A model generated the notes under the pieces. The model was given only the letters and a program-made list of their open reading frames with translations. It ran no database searches and had not been told where the DNA came from. This document shows, one piece after another, positions 11,028 through 24,200 of a DNA stretch of 64,000 nt. This DNA is from Chlorokybus atmophyticus (lineage: Eukaryota; Plantae; Mesostigma and Chlorokybus algae), in assembly GCA_009103225.1 (NCBI GenBank), contig RHPI01002090.1, forward strand, positions 830,414 to 894,413, read 5' to 3'. Position 1 is the first letter of the stretch; the number at the start of each line of letters is the position of its first letter. A program made the position numbers and the translations under genes.

Positions 11028-13313
11028 ATTATGCCCCTAAATGGCTTCGCACTGAAAAGTTGCAGTACCATGCATGGTGAATTGCATACATAGGCAAAAC
11101 TGATGAACAGACTGACTGGAACATGCGATTTGTGAGCTGTGTTTTGGGTAGTAGTTGCACACGTCAGCAGATAGTCGCACCGGTAAGTAGTTGCATAGTT
11201 CCATGCAATGCAATTAAATGTTATATATTTAACGATGTTGATGAATGAATGTATATACAGAACTTGACAAGCCAGGAAGTGTGTATACATCATTAAATAT
11301 ACACACTTGTAGCGTGTTTAAACTCGAGTGATGTATCGTACCTATACATACGCAAGCCCCGTTTCAAACTCTTCGCAAAAAGCCTCGTATGAAACGCGTA
11401 TCAAACTTTTGCAATGCTTACCCACCTCCCCCCCTCGGCTCCCCCTTTCAACCCCATAAACGTCTGGTGAAGGTCATGTGATTACGTTGGTCAGCATCCG
11501 TGCCATTAATAGATCCGACCGATTGTTGACACTTTCGATTAAAATACTCGTCCGCCTTCCATTTTCGCATTGTGCTTAATCAATTTAATTGTACAATAAC
11601 ATACGTAATTAATCAAGTTTGTATACGCAAAACAGAGTAAGACTATACAAGATATGGCAGTACATGCAATAGGCAAATAGTCACATCAACATCCGATGTG
11701 ACATCACTCCCATGGCACATGCATTGGCAATAGCAATTTAGGCCAAGCGGTATAGCTTTTTACCTAGTGCTATACTGCGCTCTCTAGCCTACGCGAAGGT
11801 GTGCTGCGCGCAATGCAATGGGATGGGAAGAGAACGCGAAGGGCAAGACGCTAGGGGCTGCACCTGCGGGAAGCCGAAGAGGAGGGGGCGTGCGCGAAAG
11901 TCCAGTAGCGAGGGCAAAGTGCAAACGTTTACAAGCAAAGTCAGAAGTGTGTTGTGCTGTGGTGTCACAGCACAACAGCAGCGGCTGTGTGTGTGTGATG
12001 ATAGGAACTCCCACGCCCCCACCGCCGCCCTCACTGTCCTGTTAGAACATAATGTGCTGAATAGACGTTTGGATCAGACGCTAGGGTTAATTACGATCTC
12101 GCCATTGCATGAAATGCAAATCTCATAAATCCAACATATTCACATGCGATGCCATACACATGCAACTCAAGGCACGTTGCAAGTGTCACCAATGACTCAC
12201 TATGCGGACATGGAGTGCTCCCCGCATTTACTCATCTGTTCTTACCTCATTTTACCTATGGCAATCGTGTTATGGCTTGCACATCCACAGACATCCATGT
12301 CCAACCCTGCACACAATCCAGAACATGTATACCCCCGCACATTCATATCACAACTTGTTGGCCAGGCAGCATTGCAGTGTAGTCATTAAACGCATGCGAA
12401 CACCCTGCACGTACCCAGTCGTCAACTAAGTGCACGCCCTCTACCTAAAAGTGAGCATGGTAAGTGCTCCGCATCATAAACCAGTGTGCCTGTGACACTA
12501 TACTGTTGAGCAAAATACCATCGTAGCAAAGGATGAAGCCATATTTACGTCTTAATGTCATGTTTAATCTTGATATCATGCATGTTGTTCATTCGCAACG
12601 CATTGATTAGTTTTGTTGGATAATAAATTACTATTACGATTATTCATGATTATTGATAATGAGGGTGCATTCCTTGCGCGTTGGGATTGCAACATACGTA
12701 AGTTACCAATTTATGTATTGTCGTGTATTGTATTGCAAGTCACCTATACGATGCGCGAGGTACAAGCGAGAGGTGTTGGTATAGTCATGAATTATATTAT
12801 ATTATATTATAGTGCTTTTTTCATCACCTATACATCTCATCTCACGCTGAAAGTCAACACCCACCAAGTGCCAATACGCCCACGACAACAGAGCACAGTA
12901 CTCAGCACACCCACGACCAGTCAAAGGTCAGGTAGGCCTACAGCCAAGACAACGACCACCTCCCGCCACCGCAGCGACACTCCATCACCGCCGCTAGCTA
13001 CCCACATGCTGCATTTCTGCGACTCGTCCACGTGTGTGCTGTGCTGTGCTGTGCGAGTGTCCGGTCTTACCACTGCCCCGCGCGCTGTGTGGGCGACTGC
13101 GGGCCCCTTATCCCGCTAAAGACCGGACGGCCCTAAAAGCGCGACGTGAAAAGCGCTTGCCACGTATGTCCATACCTGCTGTTATCATGAGGCTGGAGTG
13201 AAGCACTGTAGGCAAAAGGGCAAGCGTTGCTGGTCAGGCGGCGGCGGCGGCGGGCGGTAGGGTGGTGCTGGCGTTGGCTGTCGTGGGCGGGTGGGTGTAC
13301 GTTTCGGGGTCGG

Positions 13314-15975
13314 ATGGCGGCACCCATGGCGAGCACGCACGCCCAAAGTGTGCTGCTGCAGCACCATACTCTGTCGGTCAGCTCGCCGTCGCATGCTGTC
13401 GGCCGACAGTCCCGCCGCGGACGGCCGGCGACGAGGCGGCCGACGAGTATGGTGGCCTCGCCGCCCAGGCCTGAACAGGCAACGCAGAAGCCCGGCGGCT
13501 TTTCAGGTTTCTGTGTGCATGTGTGTTAACAGGTTCCGCTTAAGTGCTATGCGTGGCCTGACACCTTCAGTTATGCTGTGAATGCCAGGTTTAGGACAGA
13601 AGCTACCAGACGACCAACGGCTGAAAATAGCCATTGTTGGCTCAGGGCTTGCAGGTAAGGTTATGTGTGTGGTGTTGCTTCCTGACATTGCAATGCCATT
13701 CTAGTATTGTTTCTGCAAGCTCTTGTGGTATCGACATCTTCACCCACTCATTTAACTACAGGCATGTCAACTGCTGTTGAACTGCTCGATGCCGGGCATG
13801 ATGTTGAGTTGTACGAGTCAAGACCTTTCATTGGAGGCAAAGTTGCGTCATTTCAAGACAAGGACGGGAACCACATAGAAATGGGCTTGCATGTGTTTTT
13901 TGGATGTTATTTCAATTTGTTCCGTTTGATGACCAAGGTATATCCGTTTCCCATCAGTCCCATGCGCATGTGTGTCGTTTGCTAATACCAGATTTATTAT
14001 TGCAGTGTGGCGTTTTGGACAACCTTCTTCTCAAGGAGCACACACACACATTTGTAAACAAGGGCGGGGATGTGCGCGATCTGGACTTTAGGTTTATCGT
14101 TGGTGCCCCTTTCCATGGGCTCAAAGCATTTTTTACAACACCCCAGTTGACGGCCCTTGACAAAGCACAGAATGCACTTGCCTTGGGTCTTAGCCCAGTT
14201 GTCAGGGCTTTGGTTGATCCCGATGGTGCCATGCGTGACATTCGCGAGCTTGATAAGGCAAGTGGTTTTCTTTTGCTGTCTTTACGCATGCAGCACCGCA
14301 TTTTGTGCATCACACATTGCTGGTGTGTGTAAGAGATTGTGTAGCAAGTGGGTTAGACTCTGACGTGCTGACATGTCCATCAGGTGAGCTTTACAGACTG
14401 GTTCAAATCACATGGCGGGTCACAAGGCAGCATTGACCGCATGTGGGACCCAATTGCCTATGCCTTGGGCTTTATCGATTGCGATAACATATCCGCGCGC
14501 TGCATGCTTACAATTTTCCAGGTATGCCTTTCAGACTGTTAGCTTCATCGTGCTGCGCATTTCTGTCATTCTCTTCCAACACTTGTGCGAGTGCAATTCA
14601 TCATGTAGGTCGACCAATGCATTGTGTCTACAGTTTTTTGCGACAAAGACGGACGCTTCCAAATTGAGGATGTTGGCTGGGTCGCCTGCCGATTATTTGC
14701 TGGCTCCCATCTCTAAGTACATCACAGAACGAGGAGGCACATTTCACATACGCACAGGTTGCCGTGAGGTGCTGTACGATGAGGATGCTGCGGGGGTTCC
14801 ACGGGTTACAGGGTTGTCTGTCAGCAAGGTAAGTTCTCGCACTCATTGCTCATGGCGGCAACATTGAGTTTGTTGTTTTTCCCCTCTCCCTCGTTTTGGC
14901 TGACCGCATCCACTCTCAAACAGGCTACTGAGAAGTCAGTCATCAAGGCTGATGCTTATGTGGCCGCTTGCGACGTGCCTGGCATCAAGAGGTTGCTTCC
15001 CCAAGCCTGGCGCAAGTAAGTAGCACTTGTGTACTGTCAATAGGTCATTTCTCGAGGACATGTTGCTGTATTTTGCATGGCTCTTGTTTGCTACCTGCAA
15101 GGACTTTTGACGCTGTAGTTGGTGCAAGTAGATGCAGCTGACTGAGTGCCTGGCACTGAGTTTCTTTGTCACGCTAATGCAGGATCGACATGTTTGACCG
15201 GTTACATGTGCTGGAGGGTGTGCCTGTCGTGACCGTGCAGTTGCGGTATGACGGATGGGTTACCGAGATGCAGGATACTGATGGGATGCGTGACACCAGC
15301 AAAGCAAGGGGTTTAGACAACCTGCTCTACAGTGCGGATGCCCACTTTTCATGTTTTGCGGATCTTGCATTGGCCAGTCCCAAGTCGTATTACAAGGAGG
15401 GTGAGGGCTCGTTGATGCAGCTTGTGCTGACACCTGGCGATCCCTATATGGGCACACCGAATGAGGAGATTGCTGAGATTGTGGACAAACAGGTAACCGC
15501 AGCATGCACGCATGCACAGCCACTCAGAATTGTTGTATAGCTGTATGTGTGGTTTTTTGTGGCGATTGTTTATGTTGCACGATTGTTGGAGCTTGTTGCC
15601 GGTGGTGATTCCTGTTTTGCCCTCTGGTCGGTCAGGTGAAGGACCTGTTTCCTTCTGCACGGGATCTGAAAGTGACGTGGCACAGTGTTGTCAAGATTGC
15701 ACAGAGTCTTTATCGCGAAGCCCCTGGCATGGCAAGTTGCTGCTGCGTATCACAGTACTTGTGTGAGTCATAAAGCCCACTCATAACGGGGTGTTGGTTT
15801 GCAGGATGTGTACAGGCCAGACCAGGCAACTCCAGTGCCCAACTTCTTTCTTGCCGGCAGCTATACGACGCAAGACTACATTGACAGCATGGAGGGTGCC
15901 ACACTATCCGGCAGACAGTGTGCAGATGCCGTCCTGAAGGCTGCGCCAGCTCTCCTTGCTGCCCGCCAGTCATAG
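13314..15975 (+). CDS. ZDS: Zeta-carotene desaturase with plastid transit peptide, multi-exon
   Basis: [56 protein letters not shown]; [23 protein letters not shown]. Confidence 0.95.
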
Positions 15976-17063
15976 TCGTGTAGAGGTGTTGTGAGTATTA
16001 TCTTTCTATGTACCTGTAGACTGCTGGGACTTTACTCCAGCAGCATATGCCTGCGCAGCAATCTCATTGTTACTGAACGAGACACACCTGACACCAATGA
16101 CTTCTGTTTTTCAAAGCAACAGCAACATCTGCTCTGGAGAAGGTTGACCCCTCTGCTGTCAGAAGCCTGCTGTCAGAAGCCTCGGCTTTACTTACCTCAT
16201 TAAGCTTTGCGGAAAAGCAGTAGACAGCCAAGCAGCATAGAAGACAGCACCTTGCTGGCACGAAAATGAGGCAGGTTGACGCAAACTGCCTGGTTACTAA
16301 TTTGTGTGATACTTGAGACATGCTGTGAGTTGTGTTATGTGCTAGTTTTGCCGCAAACACTATGAAGTTCTTGTGCTGATGTGCACAAATGGCGCAACCA
16401 GCAAGTGAGACAGTACGCGCCCACTTGGAACTTGATTATGACACGTCTGCAACATAATGCCGTTGCCTGCGGTGTGTCACTATTTGTCACTCATGTGTCA
16501 TTGGACATACTGCACTTCCACATGGCTCCTGCAACGCTGTATCCAGCCTAGCCGGATCTGCTGCAACTATTCTGTGACCTCTGTCAGTGACCAGTCTGGC
16601 AACGCTGTTGACCTGCAGATGGCATATGAACTTGGTTCATATTATATTCTGTGAAAAGTAGCAGTCCACAACTTCTGCCAAAGTCTACCGTTGCTACCCA
16701 TGCAGCTGAACCTGTCCTTCAATTTGCGCCTGCCCTGGCGACTGTGGTTTGTGTCGTGAGTGCTTGCGTGTGCATGCAAATCATTGGAACATGAGGATGA
16801 AGCAATTCATGACTAAGGAAGCCTTCCGAAACAGATGTGGTGCAACCAGCAGACAGACAACCCATGCAAAGGCTGATAACAAGCGTAGAAGGAATGACCC
16901 AGCTCCCAAACGCTGAGCCCGGTCTTGCGGTTTCCAACATCACATCAGCGCGTGGTATACTACAAAAGAGTCACTTGATACTCTACAGACCATGCAACAT
17001 TCATTAGGAGCCACTCAATCAAGGCTTTGCGCATACCTGCCCACTAGCCACCAACAGCTACAA

Positions 17064-19724
17064 CTACTCCAAGTAAGGATTGAGTTTCTTCTTGCGGATA
17101 TCCCTCAAGAGGAGCAACGTATAAAATGCGGTTTCCTCTGGGTTGGCCACCCATCTGCACGCCAAGAATGGCGCATGAGCAGCAGCAGAGCGCCATGTTC
17201 AAAAGTAAGATTGGCAAACTTACAGGATAGCGCAGATGTTGCGAGTTGCATTGTCGTTGCCACTGATGGTGAAGCGATCGCCGCAGTGGAGTGCCTCATG
17301 TGGAGCGCAGCGCAAAAACTGCATCAATGCTTTGAGCCCGATGCTCTTATTGCCAATGTCAACAAAGACATCATTGCCGCCATTGAATGCACAGAACGGC
17401 AGCGGCATCCCATCCAGCTGCGTCTGCACTGCCAATGCAATGTCTTCCAAAACCTGCCACGCAGGTGGTGAGTGCAAACACTACCAGCCCGGTAGTTTCA
17501 AAGGCAAGAATAACACGCATCAGCCTGTGGTAGTAGTCCGTAGCATGTCAGTGGTGTTCATGCATACAATAAACGCATACACCAAGCCAAAAGCATTGTG
17601 TGTACCGTGCCAGCTGTTGAACACAGTGTGCAGCGTACCTCATATGTCGTTTCATGGGATGGGATAATACCGACACACCGCTCCTTCCTGACCATCCCGC
17701 AGTCCAAGCGCAACCGAGCAGCGCTCGCTGTCAGAATGCCCTCCGCTTCAGCAAGTATCTTCTGGATGTCCTCGTCTTTCCAGCGCAGCATGTCCTCCGT
17801 CTGTATACAACAAGTGCAAGCAGCTTCAGAGCAGCTTGCATGGCATGCGTGCACTCAGCTGGAGAATCACACTACCTTCCACAACTCGTCCGGCACAAAC
17901 GCCAAGTGTCCAGTGGCGTGACTGTACTTCAACAGGTAGTTGCATTCACCCCCCATGACATAGAATAGATCAGTGACAACCTCGGGTAGTGCGAGGGCTT
18001 TGAATGCAGCCAGCAGCCCGGCAAGCCTAGCTTCGAATCTGGCAGCCTCTCCTGGATAACCTGTCGACACACACCACACTCAACTTTACATTGCCGACTT
18101 GCACTGCAACCATTGCAATCATTTTGTGAAGAACCCATATCGCAAGGATGATCACCTGCTGCGGTAACAATAGCCACGCGCACGTTGCTGCGGAGCAATG
18201 CTATGATGTGTCCTATCATGGCATTGTCGTGCTGGAAGTGAGCGCCGTCGGCATACAACGTGCCGTCAGCATCAAAGGTAATTAACTTGAGCGTGTCGGC
18301 GGAAGCGTGTACTTGCGCAATGTTGAGAACGTGCCTGCTGACCATGTGTCACACACACCGCCTGCTGCCACAATAGCTGTATACTGAACACACCTTATCT
18401 CTGCAAAATTGGGGGGTACATAGAGGCGCCGCGACAGGGACGCAAACTCGTCGTATTCCTCAAGTGCGGCAGTCAGCTTCAGCGTGTTGTGCATCTTGCC
18501 GATGGCTGGTACCAGTTGCTTGAGCCGGCTGCTGCGCTGATCTTGAACGTGTTCACGCATCCACTTCTCCATCTTCACCATGACCTGATTATGACATGCC
18601 ATGCATTGCAGTCCTCACGCATTTTGATACGCATGGGACAGGCGAATGCCACCGTGCACCAATGCTTGCACTCACCTCCATAGGTGTGTGCGTTTTGTGC
18701 ATGCTGATCATGAACTCGATCAGTTGATCCTGCACAACAGCACGTCCAATGAGACGTCAAGTGTTTCAAAAGCTACTATATGTTGTCATGACAAACATGA
18801 GCATCCCATGACACAATCCAATATGGTTGATAAGCGTGAGCTGCATGCATGGCCCACCTGCTCCTTGAGGTGGCCCTTTCGTCTGAGCACGCGGGCCTCA
18901 TTGCTCATGCTGGCTCGTCCTCGCGCTTGCGCGTCCTGCATGTCCAGCAGCTCACCCCAAAACGCCGGATCCGTTACAATTGAGTTGGAGCTGCCGGAAG
19001 CAGCAGGAATCGGCGCAGATACCATGGCAGGCACTGCAGCACCTGCAGTTGCAGTTACAGGCCGATGCTTTGCTGGCTTGCTGGTACTTGTGCTGCTGCT
19101 TGAAGGCAATTGGGACAATGCTTGGCGTGGCCATGACGATGATGCTGACTGCTGTGACTGCTGTGACCTTGATTGAGGTGCTGGAGAAGACGAGCGTGCA
19201 AACAAAGGCGAGCTCGGTCGCGCGGGTGAAGGCGTAGCCGGCCTGTTTGCTTGTGACGACGAGGCTACCCGCACTGCAGACCGAGCAGCGTTTGTGCGGG
19301 AAGTTGATGCTGAGGAGGAGGATGTTGGTAAAGATGTTGATGTTGACGGTGGAGGTGGAGGTGGAGGTGAAGTCGAAGTGGAAGGCGAAGGCGAAGGCGA
19401 AGGCGAAGGCGAAGTTGAAGATGGTGAGGGCTGGGAGGGCAAACTGCTGCCGCTGCTGCCGCTGCTGCTGCTGCTGCTGCTGTGAGTGGGTTCAATCCCA
19501 GACAGGCTGGATTGCGCTGTGGTTGAGGCATGCCCATCAACGACAGAGCAGCAGCGGACAATGGCACGGCGAGAAGGAGCCCTTGCTGCTGTTGTTGGTA
19601 CTGGTACTGCTACTGCTAGTCTGCCCCGTAGCTGCTGCTTCTGCTTGCCGCATGCAACGTCTGGTGCTAGAATGGATGGAGACGACGCTAACACTGTGCT
19701 TACGACCGCTCGCGCAGTCAGCAT
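17064..19724 (-). CDS. ISN1: IMP-specific 5'-nucleotidase (ISN1 family, HAD) with long N-terminal transit-like and Ser/Pro low-complexity extension
   Basis: LKLITFDADGTLY (HAD motif I), VAIVTAAG|YPG, FCAFNGGNDVFVDIGNKS, HCGDRF..SGND, WVANPEET. The start codon is inferred. Confidence 0.88.
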
Positions 19725-20044
19725 TGCACAAGTCAACAAGAACAACAAGGCCGCATCAACTCAGCAGTCTCCCGCCCAAACACCAACTCCGACCTCGCCA
19801 CCACAATGCCACGTGAGCTAGCACATGTTCAAGCCAGCGTCCTTCCGTCAAGCACGCTGTACTTTACTTACACCCCTACGACGACGACCACCAATACAAC
19901 GACAACCACCGCCGCCGCCGCCGCCGCGATCACTGAACACCTTCCTCTGATTGCTTTCGTGTTCGCTTCGGGTTCAGTTCTGGTTCAGTATGGCACATTG
20001 CCACTCCTCCTTGTAGTCGGTTTGGATTACAGGGCGGCGGCGGT

Positions 20045-21227
20045 ATGGAGGAGGCGGCGGCGGTGTTTGAGGTGTTTACGGAGCAGATCAGGGGGAAGCT
20101 CAGGGAGGCCAGGGAATTCGACTGGTACGAGCACGTCAGGGGCTTTGCTGCCGCCGTAGACTGGAAGGTCAGATGAAACTCAACTCCCGCTGTGCTGTTG
20201 AAAAACAATGTACAACAGCGTCACCACCTGTAATGCGGCAGCAGCAACGCGCACAGCACAGTCTGAATTCCACCACGTTGCTTTGATGTCAACCGTATAC
20301 ATTCCAGGCATGCAGAGTAAAGCCTGCATATCGGGTTGCATGTACTTGTTTACTGTGCATGCTTTGCGTGTATGCAATCGATGTAGGCGGTATGCAAATT
20401 GTTTATACACTGTTCGCTGTATGCACTGCATGACCTGTTCGGCAGAACGTGGCTGTCAACAACTACACCAGTTTGCGAGATATCGTCGTGCTCCAACTGT
20501 AGATTGTGTGAGCAGCAGCAGCAGCAGCAGCAAGTTTCAGCTGTTGCCTAACATGCCGAGCGTTGAACGTAAACGTATGCAACTGATGGCTTGGTTTTTC
20601 CAGGAACCATGGCTGGTGACTTTGCTGCTGGCTCACGCCTCGCTGCTGTTATTCACGCTGCGCACACGCAAACAAGGCAACACGCAGACCATCCTGTTCT
20701 TTTTGCTATGTGAGTGTTCCAGAAAGTGGACCACTTGTCACTACTGATGGGTGGCATGCACCTTTGTCAAGCCCAGTTGGCATCCCTTCAATCTGTTGTG
20801 TCTTTGTACATTCTGTCCTGTCCCTTTTCGAATTACTAATTTTTCCATGCGTGTTGTTGCATGTGATTGGTTCCGCAGTGACCGCCATCTACTTGGCGGA
20901 GCCTCTCAACACGTTCCTCAGACGGCATTGGCAGAGCTTTTCCGGCCAGAACTACTTTGACAAGAATGGGGTCTTCCTGTCTGTGGTGTATTCGGGTCCC
21001 CTCCTACTCATAGTCTTCGTCAACCTGGCAAGCGCTGCTGTATGGTATCCATATGTGTGTGCCTTGTCTGGTTGTTATTTACCATGCATGCATGCATGTC
21101 CGCGCAGGTGAATATGCTAATCACAACCTCAGAGATGCTGATACGCTTGAAGAGGACGGAACTGCAGATGAAAAGGAGAAGAGCCACGCAGAACGGGACG
21201 AACAAACCAGAAACCAAGCAAGAATAA
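20045..21227 (+). CDS. TMEM18: Transmembrane protein 18 homologue, 4 exons
   Basis: FAAAVDWK|EPWLVTLL; YLAEPLN..HWQSFSGQNYFDKNGVFLSVVYSGPLL; basic C-terminal tail. Confidence 0.9.
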
Positions 21228-21295
21228 GCTTGCTTATTGGTATGCACAGGCAAATGTCTAACTAGTGCGCAAACTTCCTGCAGCCTTGGGCTATG

Positions 21296-24200
21296 CTAGT
21301 GCATGTGCAGTTTCTGTTTGCTGAATTGGACATAAGACACTGCCAGCATGCCAAGGACGCCAAAAACAATGATGAGAACAATGAGAATGCCCAGCCAGAG
21401 AGGCATGGGCGCGCCGTACACACGGACAGCAAACTCCGCCTCCAGCTCGCAGTGGCTGTAGCTGTTGTCCAGCACGCGTGCCGCGAACACAAACAGACCG
21501 TTTTTGGTATGTGCGTTGAAGCTGATTCCATTTCGGCCTGACCCGTTGAGAATCTGGTAGTAGGCTCCCTGCTCAAGCTTGCCGTGCACTGAACTTGACG
21601 AGTTGAAGCAGCTGTAGTAAGGGACCGCAGCCCAGTTGATGTCTGTGTGTTGGGAAGACTTGCGGATAGGGGAGGTTTTGTTGGCAGCATTGCCCAAGCT
21701 TTGCGCCAGTTCTATTGTGATGGGTGGCACCAAGCATCCGGCCTGCATGCATGGGCACATCAGCTGCATTACCAAATGTGACATGTTGTGTTGGTGTCTC
21801 AGAATTGATTGTGCATGCAACCATGAGAAATACAACATTAAGCACAGTTTGCGAGAGTGTCCTATGCCAGGTGCTATGTGGTGTACCCACCTGGTGTACT
21901 GTGGTGTTGAATAGGTAGTCGGTTCTGCCATTGATGGACCACACAAGGAAGTTGGCGTGGTCCGCAGTTTTCACATACTCGTCGCCATGCCATATCTCTA
22001 ACGTGGGCAGCAAGCCTGGCACTAGCTGGTAGATACTGGCAGGGCAGTCTTTTGTCGTGTAGCCAAGGACAGCATCTGGATTGCTGCTGCATTGTGTTGG
22101 AGGTGTAATGCCGTCTTCATCTCGCACACGCACGCGCAAATACCGTCCTGGTGGGCAACCCACATACACTCGGCCCGTTTGCTGGACAACTGCACGAGCA
22201 GAAGTTACTATCAGCGGTAATTTTGGTCATCTTCAACAGACATGATAGGCACATTGCAGAGGTAGCCAAAGGCACAAACCAATAGCGTACCATCACAAGC
22301 CAGTGCTGTGTGCACCGCAGAAACTCGTATGTCAGTCCATCCTATGCTTTGCTGGGATTCTGGAGGCCCAACCTGCACTTGGTAGTTGTTTTGCACCATG
22401 CGCATGGAACCGGTATCTCTGAATGTTGCCGTCTGCACCGTGTGCGTAGAGATGTACCCGGGATGAGATACCGCCACAGAGAGCATGACATCAGGCACCG
22501 GGCCCCCGTTTGCCCAGTCTGCCAAAGGCACAGCCGCAGTCAATGACGTGTTGAAGGTGGCCTGCTCGTTGGCGTCCAGCATCATCACTTCGGGCATGGA
22601 GTCCACCCATTGAAGCTGCGGGCATGCAGGCAGCTGGCCATTCATCACGGCTGCAGCAACGTCGTTGCCGACTGGTAGTTCCCAGATGTCCAACGCTGTT
22701 CCATTGCTTGTCAGCATGATGGCTCGCAGGCTTTCTGTAACGTCAAAGTCCAATGCAAAGGGCACTTTTTCAGGGAGACCAGACGTCACTTCCACAGCGT
22801 AAGGCACGCCAAGTCTACCCACAAGCACCGCGCCATCACACATGACAACAGCGAAGCGTCCACCTTCACTGACCACGACATCCTCAATCTCTTCATCTGT
22901 TGATGGAGATGCTGCTGAAGCCCTTCGCTTCAGTGCCACAGGTAGCAAGCTCATGCCAAGCATTGGGCTGAGAAGCAATGTGCTCCCAACCCACGCCAGC
23001 ACTTCACCGCTGCTGCATTCAACAAGGCCAGCATGCTCGGTGCTGCTTGCACTGTCCACTTTCCACAGCTCACCAAGCAACCATCTGCCTACTGGCTCTC
23101 CGAGCGTTTGCGTGCCATATGGCGACACGCTGTCTGCAACGGTATGCAAGGACATTGCATCAAATTGGCATCGCATCAGTGCAAAACCGTTCGTGCTGCC
23201 TGCTTGCACGCCGGCCAACCCCAGCAGGTACGGTTGCAAATGCAGAGGAAGTACTTCATGCATTGCAATAAGTGTCCAGAGGCGGCCTCCAGAATCCTTG
23301 TCTGCCACAGCATGCAGTATGAGACGCATTGCAGTCGGTTTGACTCGACACAACTATCGCAAGAAGTGCCTGAAGGCTCAATACTGTGCAATGTTGGGTG
23401 ATGAAAATTGCAACCAAGCAGTATGCTCGTTACCTTGCAAAGGGCCACATGTGACAGAGGTAAACTGCCGCGCTCCATCCGCACTCAAGTAAAACTGCAT
23501 TGAAGCACCAGCAGCAGGCGTCATGACCTGCTGCGGGGCATATGCCGCTAGCAATGGCTGCGGCGGAGGTCCTTGCAGAACTAGCGGGAAAGGGACAAAG
23601 GTGTTGTTGACAATAGACGAGAGGATGGAACTAGAAACGCGCACTGGCGGCAAATCTGCGCTCTCACATATTGTCAACATCGCAATTGCTTGTATGGCCT
23701 TTTGTGAGCTTGGTGGTGATGAAGCTACCCACCTGTTGAGTCTGCACCCATCGCGTGAGAGCATGTAGATGACATTGAAAACGAGTATGCAACACTGCTA
23801 GGGGTTCCTCCCAGTAAAGTGCTTTCATACAAAGCTGTTATGGCATCGTACCGACTCATCTACACACATGAAAGCCAACACGTAAGTATGACAACCAACT
23901 GGCACAGCGTGCTTGTAAGCAACATTGCCCATGCTGGAACTCAAACTGGCATATAGTACCTGTCCTGTTTGATAACTTACAACAGCACCATCTGTTACTG
24001 GTAGAGCATCAAACACGGTCGACTCTGATGTCAGTAGCCTGCCAGCCAGGGCGGACGTGAAAGCGTCAACTGAGAGGAAGGTATGTTGCGTGTTTGCGCT
24101 GTCTGTAACGACAAGCACTGCCATGGTTGGTGCGCAAGGGTTCTTGCGCAGTCGACAGCTGGCAGGAATTGGAGCCGTGTAGCTTGATGTTGTGTCTGGC

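Noticed and set aside
11370-11415. Shared repeat with 57676-57712 (caaaaa.cctc..gtatga...aactttg)
   Set aside because: The similarity is short and gapped in AT-rich DNA and could be chance.
12614-12859. Solo Copia-like LTR (TGTTG...CAACA, internal TA-rich box)
   Set aside because: The flanks AGTTT and CCCAC do not form a TSD, and no PBS, PPT or second copy is in the window.
18952-19821. Plus-strand ORFs overlapping ISN1 exon 1 and similar poly-Cys/Ala/Leu/ER ORFs elsewhere
   Set aside because: Antisense shadows of low-complexity coding sequence or microsatellites.
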